Of a stretch of DNA of 64,000 bases, positions 36,581 to 48,989 are shown piece after piece. Numbering within the stretch: position 1 is the first letter of the stretch; every line of letters begins with the position of its first letter. The notes beneath the pieces were generated by a model. It was given only the letters and a program-made list of their open reading frames with translations. It searched no databases and was not told the origin of the DNA. Both the position numbers and the translations under genes were made by a program. The stretch is from Camelus dromedarius (Eukaryota), in the NCBI RefSeq assembly GCF_036321535.1, contig NC_087467.1, forward strand, positions 19,034,001 through 19,098,000, given 5' to 3'.

Positions 36581-37580
36581 TCCCCTTTAGGTAAACATCT
36601 GCCACTTGGACCCTGGAAAGGCTCAGGTTTTCACCTCTAGCCCCAATGGACTGTACCCCTCCTGGCAGCAAAGCTGCTGATTTTGTGACCAGCCCATGTT
36701 GCAAACCACCCTCCCGACCTGAAAGAACTGAAATGGGAGACAGTGCCCTAGCAAGAAAGTGACATGTTCTTACCCGAACGTCTGACACTTTTTTAAGAAT
36801 AAATGCTTCAATTTGTTTTCTTGCCTGAGTCGATTTCAAGAGCCCTGAAATGGTTGTTTTCGACAATTCTGCCCCGTTTTACACAAAGGAATCAGCGACC
36901 TCTTCCTGCTACTGTAACCAGAAGCCCCCTATTTTCTGAAAGGTCTTGATGGTCAGCACACAGAGCTGACTTTCTGCAAGTGTCAGTGGGAAACCATCAT
37001 GCTGGGTCGAGGACTGAACCAACTGATGTGGCACCTCAGAGAAGGTGCGCCTGGAGCAGTACGTGGGAAGAGCGGGAGGGGAGAGAGTTCAGCCAGGGGA
37101 ATCTTGTATTAGTCGAAAAGGAAGGTTTTAAAAAATCTTAAGGCAGCGCAATTCCATTCCATACTTGTTGGGTTTTGTTTTGTTTTGTTTTTGAAAGCAT
37201 GTTCTATTTCTCAACTGCAAGGCAACTTCCTTGCTACTTAATAGACACTTTTTGAGAATCTGGGATGCTTTCTTTTCTGTTTGTCACTCTGCCTCCGTGC
37301 ACACCTGTATAGAATACAGTTTGGAGCCCTTCTCTGCTCCCTCTGATGTTCAGTATCACCAGCTCTGCTACAGGTGCTATGCTTTCTTTGGCCCAGAGGC
37401 ATCTGCATAGTGTTTCTTCCACTTGGTACTCTCTTTTGTCACCTGGCTTAAGGCTTCTCATCCTCCATCTCCATTACAGTTTAAATATCGCATCCCCCAG
37501 GAAGCCTGATCTGACATCCTGAGGACCTATCAGTGCAGCTGACAAGCCACATTATAACTGCCTGTCTGCACACCAACTTC

Positions 37581-37718
37581 TTATTTATTCTTTTAATTGA
37601 CGAATAGTTGATTTACAATGTTGTGTTACTTTCAGGTGTACAGCAAAGTGATTCAGATATACACATATGTATCTATTCATTTTCAGATTCTTTTCCATTA
37701 TAGGTTATTATGAAATAC
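37581..37718 (-). mobile_element. Short L1 3' end
   Basis: gttgatttacaatgttgtgttactttcaggtgtacagcaaagtgattcag; degraded TSD gcacaccaacttc / gcacatcaattcc. Confidence 0.85.
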
Positions 37719-37997
37719 TGAAGGCACATCAATTCCTATCAAATCTATTAGATTTCCATTCTGGGAGGGTAAGGTCCTCACTGCCTGGTTTACTGTAATG
37801 TTCCAAAACTTGATAAACTTTCCTTATCAAAATTGCTTTAATGGGAGGGGGTATGAGACTCCTGTGAGAGGATCAACTCATTATGACCTCTGATAAATGA
37901 CAACCTTCCTAAGCCTCAGTTCAATTTTGAAACATGGGGATAATCTGTATATTTGGTGGGAAGATGAAAGGGAAAAATGCATTCAAAAGCTCCTCCT

Positions 37998-38205
37998 GGA
38001 GGGGAGGGAATAGCTCAGTGGCAGGGTGTGTGCTCAGCATGCAGGAGGTCCTGGGCTGAATCCCCAGCACCTCCATAGGAAAGAAAGAAAGAGAGAGAGA
38101 AACCTAATTACGTCCCCCCTCAAAACAATAACAACAAAAAATAAAAAAGAATCACTTTAAAAAAAGAAAGCAAAAAAAAATTATTTTAAAAAGAGTATTT
38201 TAAAA
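37998..38205 (+). mobile_element. Vic-1-like SINE inserted in a MIR
   Basis: SINE head with long composite A-rich tail; TSD aaaagctcctcct / aaaagcttttcct; MIR sequence on both sides. Confidence 0.9.
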
Positions 38206-38279
38206 AAAAGCTTTTCCTCACATGGTGCCTGACACATAAGAAATGCTTAGTAAGTGTTAACTATTAGTCTGGAAACAAT

Positions 38280-38655
38280 CACAGTCCTTGGTGGTGCCAC
38301 TGGGGGGCGCAGCTCACTACCGCTCCTGGCCACACTCCTCCGGACCCCACCACATGAATCCCAAGGCTGACATCTCCTGGGGACTGCGCCCAGCCAGCCA
38401 GAGGACTTCTCTAACTTGCAACTTTGCCACGTGGAATCCAGGCAGGTAGAATCTTTCCCAGCACTGCTCTGAGGTTTGATTCTCTTTCTACCCCAACCTC
38501 TACCACCCTCTGCTTCCATCTCCTTTCACACGTGTCAAGCCTCTCCTTCCCCCTCCTGATTCTTCCCGTGATCCATCCCAGCCTGTCCTCCCACGACTGC
38601 CCTGCATCTCTGATCCCAACCTGGTATCTGCTTGTCAGAAGATTCAAACTAACAC
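38280..38655 (+). mobile_element. LTR16-like 5' LTR of ERVL provirus
   Basis: Ends ggtatctgcttgtcagaagattcaaactaacac, followed by ggtggtgccagagttggtcc (ERVL PBS-like). Confidence 0.7.
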
Positions 38656-41600
38656 GGTGGTGCCAGAGTTGGTCCAAGGAAACGGACTGACGAGCAGCCC
38701 GGGCCAGGCTGCCTCGCCCACTACTGAGCGGAGGATGAGGAGGATGCCACCCCAAGTGGTGTGGGCCACACACATACTCTGGCATAAACAGTGGCCCAAC
38801 TGCCACAGAGGTCTTGGTGGGTGGCCTGGAAAAACATCCTGGCAGAGGGACTGCCCCTCCAGGGGCAGCAATCCAGGCATTCAAAAGATATGAGGGAGTA
38901 ATTGACACAAGCACGGCAGAGCTGGCTGGTTATTGTGAAATTGCACTGAGACTCCCCGAAGTGTAATGAGAAACTGAAGGCCATGAACAAACAATTAAAG
39001 GTAAGCGTGAGAGCCAGAGGCCTTTGTGGTCACTTTCCAAGGGGCTCTTACCGCCTGTAGTCAGAGGTCTGACTCAGCTGAAGAGCAGACTCACTCGATA
39101 GACTCAGAGCTCCAGAGAAGTAGAGCTGAGACAGGCCGGAATCTGGCACCCGGGACCCCTTGCTGCAGTGCTTGAACCTGGACAGGGGTCTCCTTGAGCA
39201 ACAGAACACAAAGAAACTATAAGGGGCTGAAAATAACTGGGTGTATGCACAGTTGGGGCAAGTTATGAACAACAAGATGCAAAAAGACCAAAAACCCAAC
39301 TGCCACGACTGAGGTGTCAGAAGCAAAACCATGATCCCTGCATACAGCACCACCAAGGGGGTGGGCGGACCACCTAAGCCACCTCTCCGGCCTGGGCCCT
39401 GGACCCGCCCCTACCCTCACCCCATTCAAGGGACCAGCTTTCCCCTACTCAGAAAACAAACAAGGGAACCAATTACTTGTTTTTTCTCCCTCCTTCTACA
39501 GCATGAGTTCCAATAAAGCCTGAATCTCTCCTCTGGCCTCTTATCAATTTCTATTAAGGAGTCCATGAACTCTGGCCGGCAACAGAACACTGGGCAACAC
39601 AGTCTGGTTTACTGAGTTTGGAGCCCTGGGCAAGAAAACCTAGGACCACAAAACATAAGACAGGACAGCTGGATGGATGTTCCAGTGGAGTTTGGCTCTG
39701 TAGACCCCAACCCTCAGAGTGCAGAGATGTGCCCCGGCCCTCACTAGGAGTCAGCACCTCCTCCACACTGCTCGGTGCCACAGAGCCGTCTCCCCAGCAA
39801 GGCACGTACCTCCCTCAAGAGGTCCTCCCACCTCTTCTCCTGGGCACCAAGCTGAGAACTAGAGTTAAATCCTAGCATAGCCCCACTCAGAATATGCTGG
39901 GCCTGATAAAGCAGGAAAGAGATTAAATACTGAAATAACTGCAAAAATTAATTTCATGGAGCAGCAATATCCAAGGCAGTACCCTTGAGAATGGGTGTTG
40001 AGGGTGCTTGATGAAGGCAGCTGGGGAGAAGGCACTAGCATCACCAAGAATGGCAGCAGTGGTTCTCTTCTGAGTCAAAGGCTGAAAGCAAGAGATGCTG
40101 TCCCGGGGCGAGGTTTATTAATACCCATGGGACTGATGGGGTTTGAGGCTATATGGGCCACATGGTGATGCCTACCCCCAGAAGCCAGGTGGCTGGAACA
40201 ACTGAAAAAGTCAGAGGGGCAGTCAGTGGTGTCCCTAGAGTCAAAATGCAGGGGCAGTCAATAATGATGCTGCTTAATATCTGTAGCCAGAGAAGGTAGA
40301 ACCAAGGCGCAAGGGGCTGAGGGCAGTTGCCCAATACAATATCATAATCCCTTGTTCAGATCTGGAACCCACTCACTAGAAGAAAAAAAACTGCAAAACT
40401 GTGGCAAGTATAAACTCTAATAATTCCTTGGGGTTTTTTTTTTTTTTAATAATCTTTTCTAAAGGGACTTATGGCTGTTACTCTGCTGACAATACTTGGG
40501 GAAAAAGAAATACTCAGACATGACGAAGACTGTTGGACACAGGGCCTCAGCTGATTCTGACAGTCAGAAATCCAAAGCACCACCAGAAAGCTTTCAAAGC
40601 AAAAGGGGCGCCAAACTGCCAAGTGGGCACAAAATGACTCGGCCACTGCCCTGAGCTGAACCTGGTCACCATCATGACGGGTATGTCAGTGGCGTGTCCA
40701 CAGCGGCTGAGACAGAGGCTGCATACAGAGCTCAAAGCATGGGCCTCTACATACCAAGCCTGCAAGCTGCGGAGACCAGTGCTCAGCCCCTGAAATGGCG
40801 CCTGTCCCCGAGAGAACCAACCGACTTGTGGTAGCAAGCTGCGCACCTGAGACTCCTTCCCTCCTGGAAGGGCCAGCAGCTCATTCTCACAGGAATTGAT
40901 ATTTTCTAAGTACTGATTTGCATTTCCCGTTTACAGAGCCTCAGCCAGCATCACCCTGTGGGACTTCTGGAATATTTGATCCACAGGTATGGAGCCCACA
41001 GACACTGCATCCAACTGGAGGGCCCACTTTACAGTGAGGGAGGTAAGGGGGTGGGCCCGTGACCATGGGGTCTACTGCACAGCACAGTGCATCACTCAGA
41101 AGCAGCTGGCTTCACAGAATGCTAGAAGAGCTTTCTGAAGTCACAAATGATATACAAACTCAGAGGCAACACTGAGTGGATTAGGTAATCCTTCAGGATG
41201 CAGTACATACACTTAATCAGAGACCTCTGGATGGCACTGAGTCGCCAGTGGGAAGGATGTATCAGTCTGGAAAATAAGCGGTGGCAGATGGAGTGGCCCC
41301 AATTACTATCACTCCCAAAGCCCCCACTGGGGAATTCTGCATTTCTCATCCCTGCACCTTTGTGCTAGAGTTATAGCCATCAAAGTGGAGAGCACTCTTT
41401 GCAGAGGACATAGAAAGTTCCCACTGAATCACAAGCCAAAGCTGTCATCAGGGCACTTTGGACTCTTGTCCCTGGATCAACAGGCAAGAATTAGAGTCAC
41501 CATCTTGGCAGAGGTCATTGATCCTGAGCAGCAGGTGGGGTTGGGGCTGCCTTTATGCAATGAGGGCAGAAAGGAATAACTGGAGAAACCAGGTGACCTA

Positions 41601-41850
41601 CTTGGGCCACTCCTATGACTCCCTTGTTCCACTGTAACCATTAATGGACACATGTGGCAGCCTCAGACCAAGAAGTATCAAAGGCTCAGACCTCTTAAGA
41701 ATGACAATTTGGATTATAACCACCAAGAAGCCACCAAGACCTACCAGAGTCATAGCTGAGGGTAAAGGCAACTCAGAGTAACCAGCAGATGAGGCCAGGG
41801 ACGAGTACTAGTTGAGACCCTGAGACCAATTGCATCAACAGGGGCTGAAA
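38656..41850 (+). mobile_element. Decayed ERVL internal region (gag/pol relic with integrase and dUTPase), interrupted by an ERV1 LTR
   Basis: From 41194: QDAVHTLNQRPLDGTESPVGRMY...VAPITITP (ERVL integrase end); HHSEAAGF near 41090; SGHFGLLSLDQQARIRVTILAEVIDPEQQ (ERVL dUTPase) in ORF 41385-41579. Confidence 0.8.
39127..39584 (+). mobile_element. ERV1-type solo LTR nested in ERVL
   Basis: tgagacaggccgg...ctggccggcaaca; caataaagcc polyA; flanks gagc/gaac (degraded 4-bp TSD). Confidence 0.85.
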
Positions 41851-41949
41851 TTTGATACACTAATGCCCTCCCTTGCCAAGTCACCTCTCAAGAAGCATGG
41901 TCCACGGAAAACAAGGAGGAGCTGCTCCCTGAACCTGCATGAAGACACA

Positions 41950-42385
41950 GATCTGCACAGCTCAAGGGGTAACTGTGACGGCCACGAAAACGCACCACCC
42001 AGATCTCTTACTGCGGGAACAGTGCTAACTGACAGCCAGCTGCTGCTCCTCTAGATACACCATCGCTTTCACACTGAGGCCGCTCTCACCTGGCTGCTCC
42101 CAGCCAGTGAGTGAGTGTGGTGGGGGCACTAGTGGAGACCCGTTCCGCTGGGATGGGGGACGCCTCTAATGGATGACTGCTTTCAGGACTCTCCAGTAGC
42201 CTGGCTGAAGTTTTCCGGGTATTTCACTGCAGCCTGAGATTTCTTCTAGCCCTTTTCTCCTTCCTTTCAGTTCGGAAGGTTCTCCCTTCACACTCCTGCT
42301 GTCTCCCCCACATCCTTCACAGGTATTCCTCCAGTAATCCTCTTGAATGTCTCATTCAACGTTGGCATCTGCTTTTCTGAGGACT
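41950..42385 (+). mobile_element. LTR16-like 3' LTR of ERVL provirus
   Basis: ttcactgcagcctgagatt...ccttcacaggtattcctccagtaatcctcttg...gttggcatctgcttttctgaggac; 5' boundary approximate. Confidence 0.72.
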
Positions 42386-42911
42386 ACAGTCATGAGGCCA
42401 TGCTTAGCTCAAGAGGGTAACAATCTACTACAGTTAGTCTTCCAGTTCACACAATTTTTTTTTTGTTCTGGGCAGGAAAGCCATCCCAATCTTTCAGGAG
42501 GTATCGCGTGCTTTGGTTTTTGTATATTTCATGCAGCATTCACACTAGCACATGGAGTTTTGTACTAGTAAAAATAAGCAGTCCATTTATTCTCCAGTGA
42601 AATGTATAAGCTCCTAAATATACATAAAGAAAGAAAGACTATAGAAAAAACAAGACTAGGAAACAGCAGGTACCTGGATAGGCAGAAGACGACAAGGAGA
42701 GAAAAATGAGGAGGAAATATTCTCCCTCCTCCCCGACTTCCCTCTCTTATTTTCTACAATCTGCTACTGGAATTTCCCTACTATGTGTGCGATTGCATCA
42801 AATAAAACAAATGTAAGAATACTATTCGGAATCACTATGCTTTAGCTCCTTTCTCCTCAGCTTCAGAATAACCCATCCATTAAGTCTCTCATTCATTCAA
42901 ATAATCATCAT

Positions 42912-43034
42912 GGGGGAGGGGGGGTGATCAGATTTACTTATTTGTTTATTTTTGAATGGAGGTACTGGGGATTGAGCCCAGGACCTCCTGCAGCTAGGCA
43001 TGCACTCTACCACTGAGCTGTACCCTCCCCACCA
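42912..43034 (-). mobile_element. Vic-1-like SINE
   Basis: Perfect 14-bp TSD caaataatcatcat (42898-42911, 43035-43048). Confidence 0.95.
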
Positions 43035-43449
43035 CAAATAATCATCATTTAATGGAGGTCTTCTTGTGTCCTATTCTGAGGGCTGGTTCTGCTCCACATT
43101 CTTATTTGATACAAGGTCCTTTGCAAGGTACTGGTCTTACACAAATCTCTTCTCCTTACCCAGATTCTCAACTGGTTCAACCCTGGCTAGCTGTTCAAGA
43201 CTCTAGGGTATCTAATTTCCAAAGTAGGGCAAACCCAATAGATATTTTTTACATCTCAGCAAGTCAACTGTAGGAAAAAGAAAGTGATTCATCTAGCCTT
43301 TGAAAAGCCCCCAGATCTCAGAGACTCCTAGGTTAGTCCCAATGAGGAGGGCAGGAAGCAAAGGGGCAAAAGAGGAAGGTGGAGAGAACCTTGTAGTACA
43401 AGAACTCATGTTAGCTAAACATATAAAACCAAATTTGCTTTTCCCCAAT

Positions 43450-43720
43450 AACCAATTCAATTGAACATCTTTCCATGCACTCATTGGATATTTGCATGCC
43501 CTCTTTCGTGACATGCTAGTACAAGTCTTTTGCCATTTTTATATTGGGGTGTCTATTATTTTCTTACTGATTTGTAAGGGTTCTTTATATATGTTTCAAT
43601 ACATGTCCTTTGGTGTATACACAGAAATACTTCTCAGAGTAAATGTCTTCTCCCAATCTGAGACTTCCCTTTTTGCTTTCTTATTGGTTTCTTTTGGATT
43701 AGAGAAGTTCTTCATTTAAA
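43450..43720 (-). mobile_element. Old L1 ORF2 relic
   Basis: ttgaacatctttccatgcactcattggatatttgcatg...gtcttttgccatttttatattgggg. Confidence 0.7.
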
Positions 43721-45679
43721 ACAATTATGAAATCTGAAACATAAATTCCTATTGTAGTAAAACTTCAGTGCCACTTGTGGATAAAAGACCAGCCCTCAGG
43801 ACCCCAAAATGGACCTCCCTCACCCAGTGACTGAGAAACGATATTCTACAACTAGGGTACTTTAAGTATAAGTGAAATTCAAATACTCTAAAGGCATTCA
43901 CTCATTAGTGTGAAACAACTTCTGACTTCTCCTAACAATAGGACTTCACAGGAAAAGCAAACCCAGAAGTGGTTTCCTCGGGAACAGACTGGGCCATAAG
44001 TGGATGAAAACATAAAGTGAAGTTGAAGATAGTGAGATGAAACCTGTCCAGTCTCACAACTGTGTTCAAATAGGGGCTGTGCATTACTCAGGCTAAACGC
44101 CTGGAAAGCTGAGTTAGATCTCTGACTCTGCCACTTACTGCCTGACAAACTGCTTAGCATCTTTGTACTGCAACCTCCTCATCTGTTGGATGGAGGTACT
44201 CTCTGCCTGTTCTTTCTCTTATTTCCAGTCTTTGTTTTTACTCTGCCTTGTATTTCTCTATTCATTTGTTTTCATGTTTCTGCTATGTTAGTGTTCTTCA
44301 TTTGTATCCTCAGTGGACACCTTTGTCTAAGGAGGAGAGAACAGACACGCCCATATATCCATACGCAAGCATCCAACTCCAGCTATACTGATTTCAATGA
44401 GATTGACAAAAGCAGATTTTTTTTTTTTTTTAGTGAATACAAAAATCATTTTATTATTTAAAGCTGTCCATTGCATGCAAAGCAGTCTGCCAACTCTGGG
44501 TCAGTAGAAAATGACTTTGGCTTTCAGAAGAATGAGTAGCCAATTCATATGGAACCAATTAATACAGAGTTTGTCTTTCCAGCAGATTCTAATCACTATA
44601 TTTTCTTTTCTTTGACAAGCTAAAAGATGACTAATTGATAACATAAAAATTATTCTCCTTCTATTCACCAAAACCTCATGCCTCAATTTCCTTTTTACAT
44701 AAGGAAGCCTTCTCTAAATTATCTCTATGGGATCCTCCAGCTCTAAAATCTTATGATTCTAGTTTGCAGATTCTTCAGAACTAAACTTCTGTTATTAAAG
44801 ACTAAACATCAGAGAAACATAATATAAGGACTTCCCTTAGATGCACCCATCTGAAGAGGAGACTTGGCCCAAAAGACCTCCCAAATTCCTTTCATTTCAT
44901 CTCACAAAACCCAGTCTCTCAGAAATTCGAGGACTACCTGGTCAAAAGCTTTTAAGTAAGCTCTTTAAATTTTTAATCCCAAGTCACCTTTCAACTCAAT
45001 TATTTATCTCATTGCAAATGTCTAACATCCCTATCAGTTTCCTAAAGATAAATATGCATGAGGTTTGGACCCCAAAATTAAATGCTGGGATCTTGAGGCT
45101 GATTTTTAAATGAAGCTAGACAGCAATTCAGCCTTTGAATAAAAATTTACGGGAATGTGTAATTGAATCATTTAGCATTCCTCACAGAGGAGAAAACCCT
45201 TTCTACAAATATTCCTTTTTCCTGTAAATGCCATGTAATTTTCTGACTATAAATCTTGATGGAGCTGGAAATCTATATTCTGATTCATTGTTTCATCCTG
45301 AGTTAATCACACAAAATTACAAATTTGCAGAATAATTCTTTGGAGAATGCATTAACAGCTCTGGAACAGAAATAAATGTCCTTCGTCTTACAGAAGAGAA
45401 ACGTAAGTCTACATCCATACGTTCAGAACAACAGACATTTAATCCTCAAGGTGTTCAGTCATTTCCACTAGAGATTTAAGATGGATGGTTGCAATAACAA
45501 TATGTCAGATTTAAATGTTAGCTACTAACTTCTCATTAGTTCCTTCTCACTTAGCTATGGATTTACAAAAACTTAGTAGATGTGTCAGCTCTGTGGATAA
45601 GGGATGAAGCACTCTGGACAAAGTACCAGCAATGACTGACCTTTACTGATCACTCATTATGCACCAGAGATGTCCTTAG

Positions 45680-45850
45680 AGCTTTCCTTGCGGTAACACA
45701 TTTAACCTTCAAACAGTCCTTTACAGGTGAGGAAACCAAAGGAAAGACAGAATAATTTGTGCAGGGTCACCCAGATGGTAACAAGCAAAGTGACCACTGG
45801 AACCCAGGCTGTCTGACTTCAGAGTCCAGGTCCTTAACCTTGACATTGTT
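45680..45850 (-). mobile_element. MIR
   Basis: ttacaggtgaggaaaccaaagg...ttgtgcagggtcacccagatgg...gaacccaggctgtctgacttcagagtcc. Confidence 0.85.
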
Positions 45851-45882
45851 GTCCTACCCAACTCCAAATCAAACAGACATGT

Positions 45883-45907
45883 GATTAGATTAGATTAGAT
45901 TAGATTA
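45883..45907 (+). repeat. (GATTA)5 microsatellite
   Basis: Direct reading. Confidence 0.9.
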
Positions 45908-46499
45908 GGTATGGTTAGGTTATATTGTAATCTATCATGTTCTACCCACATATTAACAATACATGATTACACTGTATTATGCTCTGTGATACGCCATTTT
46001 ATAAGATGTTGGTACCAGGATTCAGAAACAGTCATTATAATTCAGGTTCATTGGGCTGAGGAACCCCTGTTGTCTTCCTCAATTTATAACTTTAGTTTAC
46101 TTAGAGGGCTCATACCTCAAAATAAATAAATTAAATAAGAAAATAAGCACAACAGCAGCAAACCCATTCGCTGGCTCTACTTCACAGTAAGTACCAGGCC
46201 CCTGGGGCCCACTGTCAGTGTCCTTCTCCCTCGGGGCTGAAGACTCAAATGCCTGGAGGCGCTGAACCAACTCTGCACAGCCGGCACAGCCTGGAGGGAC
46301 AGCAGCGGCTCGCCTGCACAGCACATGCCCGTCTGCAGGGGGCACCGCTCAGCAACCTCCCCGGCCTGTGGTGGCCCTGACGGAGTGATAGCCCAGTATT
46401 AGCAGACCCTCTAATTTGTCCAGGGAAGTGAGAAATAACAAATTTCAAAAGTTGACAATAAATTTAAATACCAAATACAAAACACTGGAAAGGCTGAAG

Positions 46500-47350
46500 C
46501 ATCCATGGAGGCAGGTAGGTGATACTCGGCATCTGGGTGACATCCAGTCTTCAGTTTGTTACCTCAGTTCTCTTGTCTCTACTCTCTTGCGATGACATCA
46601 TTTACCTCCTTGGCCTCAAAGCTCATCTAATGTATATGACACCCATACTTATATTTGAACTTCCTCCTGAGCTTCAGGTGCCAATCTCTAATTGCCTCTT
46701 AGGCAGGTCCTTGCCCAGAGGCACCTCATACACAATGGATAAGTTGACAAGAATCTCCTCCACCTGGAGTGATCTCTATCTTGATTAATGCAACTGCTTC
46801 CATATAATTACCCAATGATCTTCAACTCCTCATTTTTTAAACCCCAAAGGTGTTACTGATAAGCAAGTCCAATGGAATCTACCTCAAGATACTTCTGAAA
46901 TCTCTCCATACAATCTGTTTAAGTAAGCTGAGAGTTTTCCAGTTTTTTAAGCTGCAAAATATTTTCTTTTAATAAAATTTGACTCGGGCACTCATATTAC
47001 CAGGTTGACTTTGGAGACCGAGATTCCCACCCACTCACCCCTACTCGCCCAGGAGGCATCTCTAAGGGACTCACACTACTCCCCAAAACACAGTTTGAAA
47101 ACCAGGCATAAACATAAGCCTCCCAACCAGCTACCCCAGCCTCCCTCTTTCCATCTACCATACTGCTACAAAAATTATGTTTCTAAAACAGAGGTGTGAT
47201 CAGATATCTACTCTTAAAAAGCTTTGGTGGGTGCACCATTAACTAAAATATGAAGTGCAATCTCCTTAACGTGAACTTGTAACTTGCCAACCTGAGCACA
47301 TGTCCAGTCACCCAGTGTACCTCAGCTCACTGTAGCTGCACTGACTTTTT
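46500..47350 (+). mobile_element. L2 relic
   Basis: gacacccatacttatatttgaacttcctcctgagcttcagg..., aaaacagaggtgtgatcagatatctactcttaaaaagctttggtgg. Confidence 0.65.
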
Positions 47351-47929
47351 TGCTCTCTGCTTCCATGCCTCTTGCTTGGTTCATTCCAGTACTTTGGCCA
47401 ATACAAGTTTGACCTGGGTCTGCGATGGCACTGGAGATAAAAGGCTAGGGTACAGCTTGCTTTCTTAATTCCACTACTGCCTCCTCAAATGTAACTGTTC
47501 CTTAGCAGGGCAGGATCACTCAGATGGGAGGAAGAATACAGGTGTTTCTGCAACAGCAGTGAACTATACAAGCCTCGTCTTCCATCACTGGATCACCCAC
47601 AGAGTGACATTCAAAAGTATGGATGGTGGGCATGTGATACCACCTTCTTCCTTAAATTGAACCGTCCCTGTTACTGATCACTATTAGGCAATACTACCTA
47701 GCCTTCAGCTAGCCAAGGCGCTTACAGTTGTAACACATAGACTATTCATTTTCAAAGGCATGACTGATAAACGTTTCTGCAACTATTCTGTGCCCTGCAT
47801 ACTGAAGACCACCGAAAAAAAAGCAGACCTAAAATATCAAAAATGTATAAGCAGCATAAAGCAATATGGAGTTACGCAATTAAACTTCATAGAATTAATG
47901 CTAAAGAAGTTCAAGGGAAGCGTGTTCTA

Positions 47930-48500
47930 AAGTTCTTATGGTAAAACTCACTGTGTTAAGGCGGGGTTTGGAAGGCAGGGAGGAATTATCTAAGAGGAGG
48001 CAAAGGCGCTTCTGGCCAAAGAAATACTATGAGCAAAGGCGTGAAGGGCTAAAACCGGCCTGGCTGGATACTACACTAGAAAGAGAGGAATGGACTGGAA
48101 TGTTGGGTCATTTAAAAGATTTCAACTCCTGAAAGAGTCTCAAGTGTGTAAGACAGGCCCATGAAACATCATTAAAGGTTCTGTTGTGAGTGTTTGTGTT
48201 CAGGTGGTTCTGGAGGATGAAGTGAAGGGGATATGTAAGGCAGATCAACCTCATAGGCTAGTAGAGGGTGCAAAATGGATTACAAGAAGGAGAGACTGGA
48301 GTCAGAGAATCCAGCTAAGAAAGCAGAAAGTCTGTGCAGTAACCAAGGTGTGAGTTCTGTGAACCTGGACCAGGGTCGTGTCACTGACATGCGCTGCAGA
48401 GGAGATGTCGCACTTGAAGGAAGAACAACCAGGGCTTTTGAAAGTCTGAATTTTATCAATAAAAGAACGAGCAGCACTAAGTGACCACTAGATTTTCATC
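47930..48500 (-). mobile_element. L2 relic
   Basis: Purine-rich ggagagactggagtcagagaatccagctaagaa...gaacctggaccaggg. Confidence 0.65.
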
Positions 48501-48757
48501 TGAAGGGATAGGATTGGAGTGTTATTTTTAACAGAGCACAGGAGCTAAACTGAGTGATGAAAAAACGTTCCCTTTCTTTTTAAAAATGTTGAATTTGAAG
48601 AGCTCTCTTAACCCGGTTTCTTTAGAAAGCAGGATGGGCACAATGATTCACGGGTGGCTGTGTGATCTGTGGGTGAAGAAACAGGGCAGTGAGGTGAAGA
48701 CAGATGGGAGCCGTGCAGGGATGCTTTCCTGAAAGGGCTACCCTCTCGCAAGGAGCC

Positions 48758-48970
48758 TGAGACAGGAGGGAAGGGGACAGGGCACAACCATTAAAAGAAG
48801 GACCCAGCTATTGAGAAAAACTGGATAGGACATAAACTGGTTAGAACAAACGAGGCCCAAGATGGTAGAAGATTCGACTTCCAGTAGACCTTGAGCCTCA
48901 TTATACACTCATTAGATTGATTAATATATTAGCACGCTAAATGCTAAATGACACACCCACAGGCACCATT
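48758..48970 (+). mobile_element. 3'-truncated ERV1-type LTR (same family as 28582 and 31310)
   Basis: tgagacaggagggaaggggacagggcacaaccatt...cccaagatggtagaagattcgacttccagtagaccttgagcctcattatacactca...cacccacaggcacca. Confidence 0.8.
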
Positions 48971-48989
48971 TGGGGAAGCAGGGCCCTTC

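Noticed and set aside
38411-38990. Cluster of overlapping ORFs
   Set aside because: GC-rich LTR16/ERVL leader sequence; stop-poor by composition
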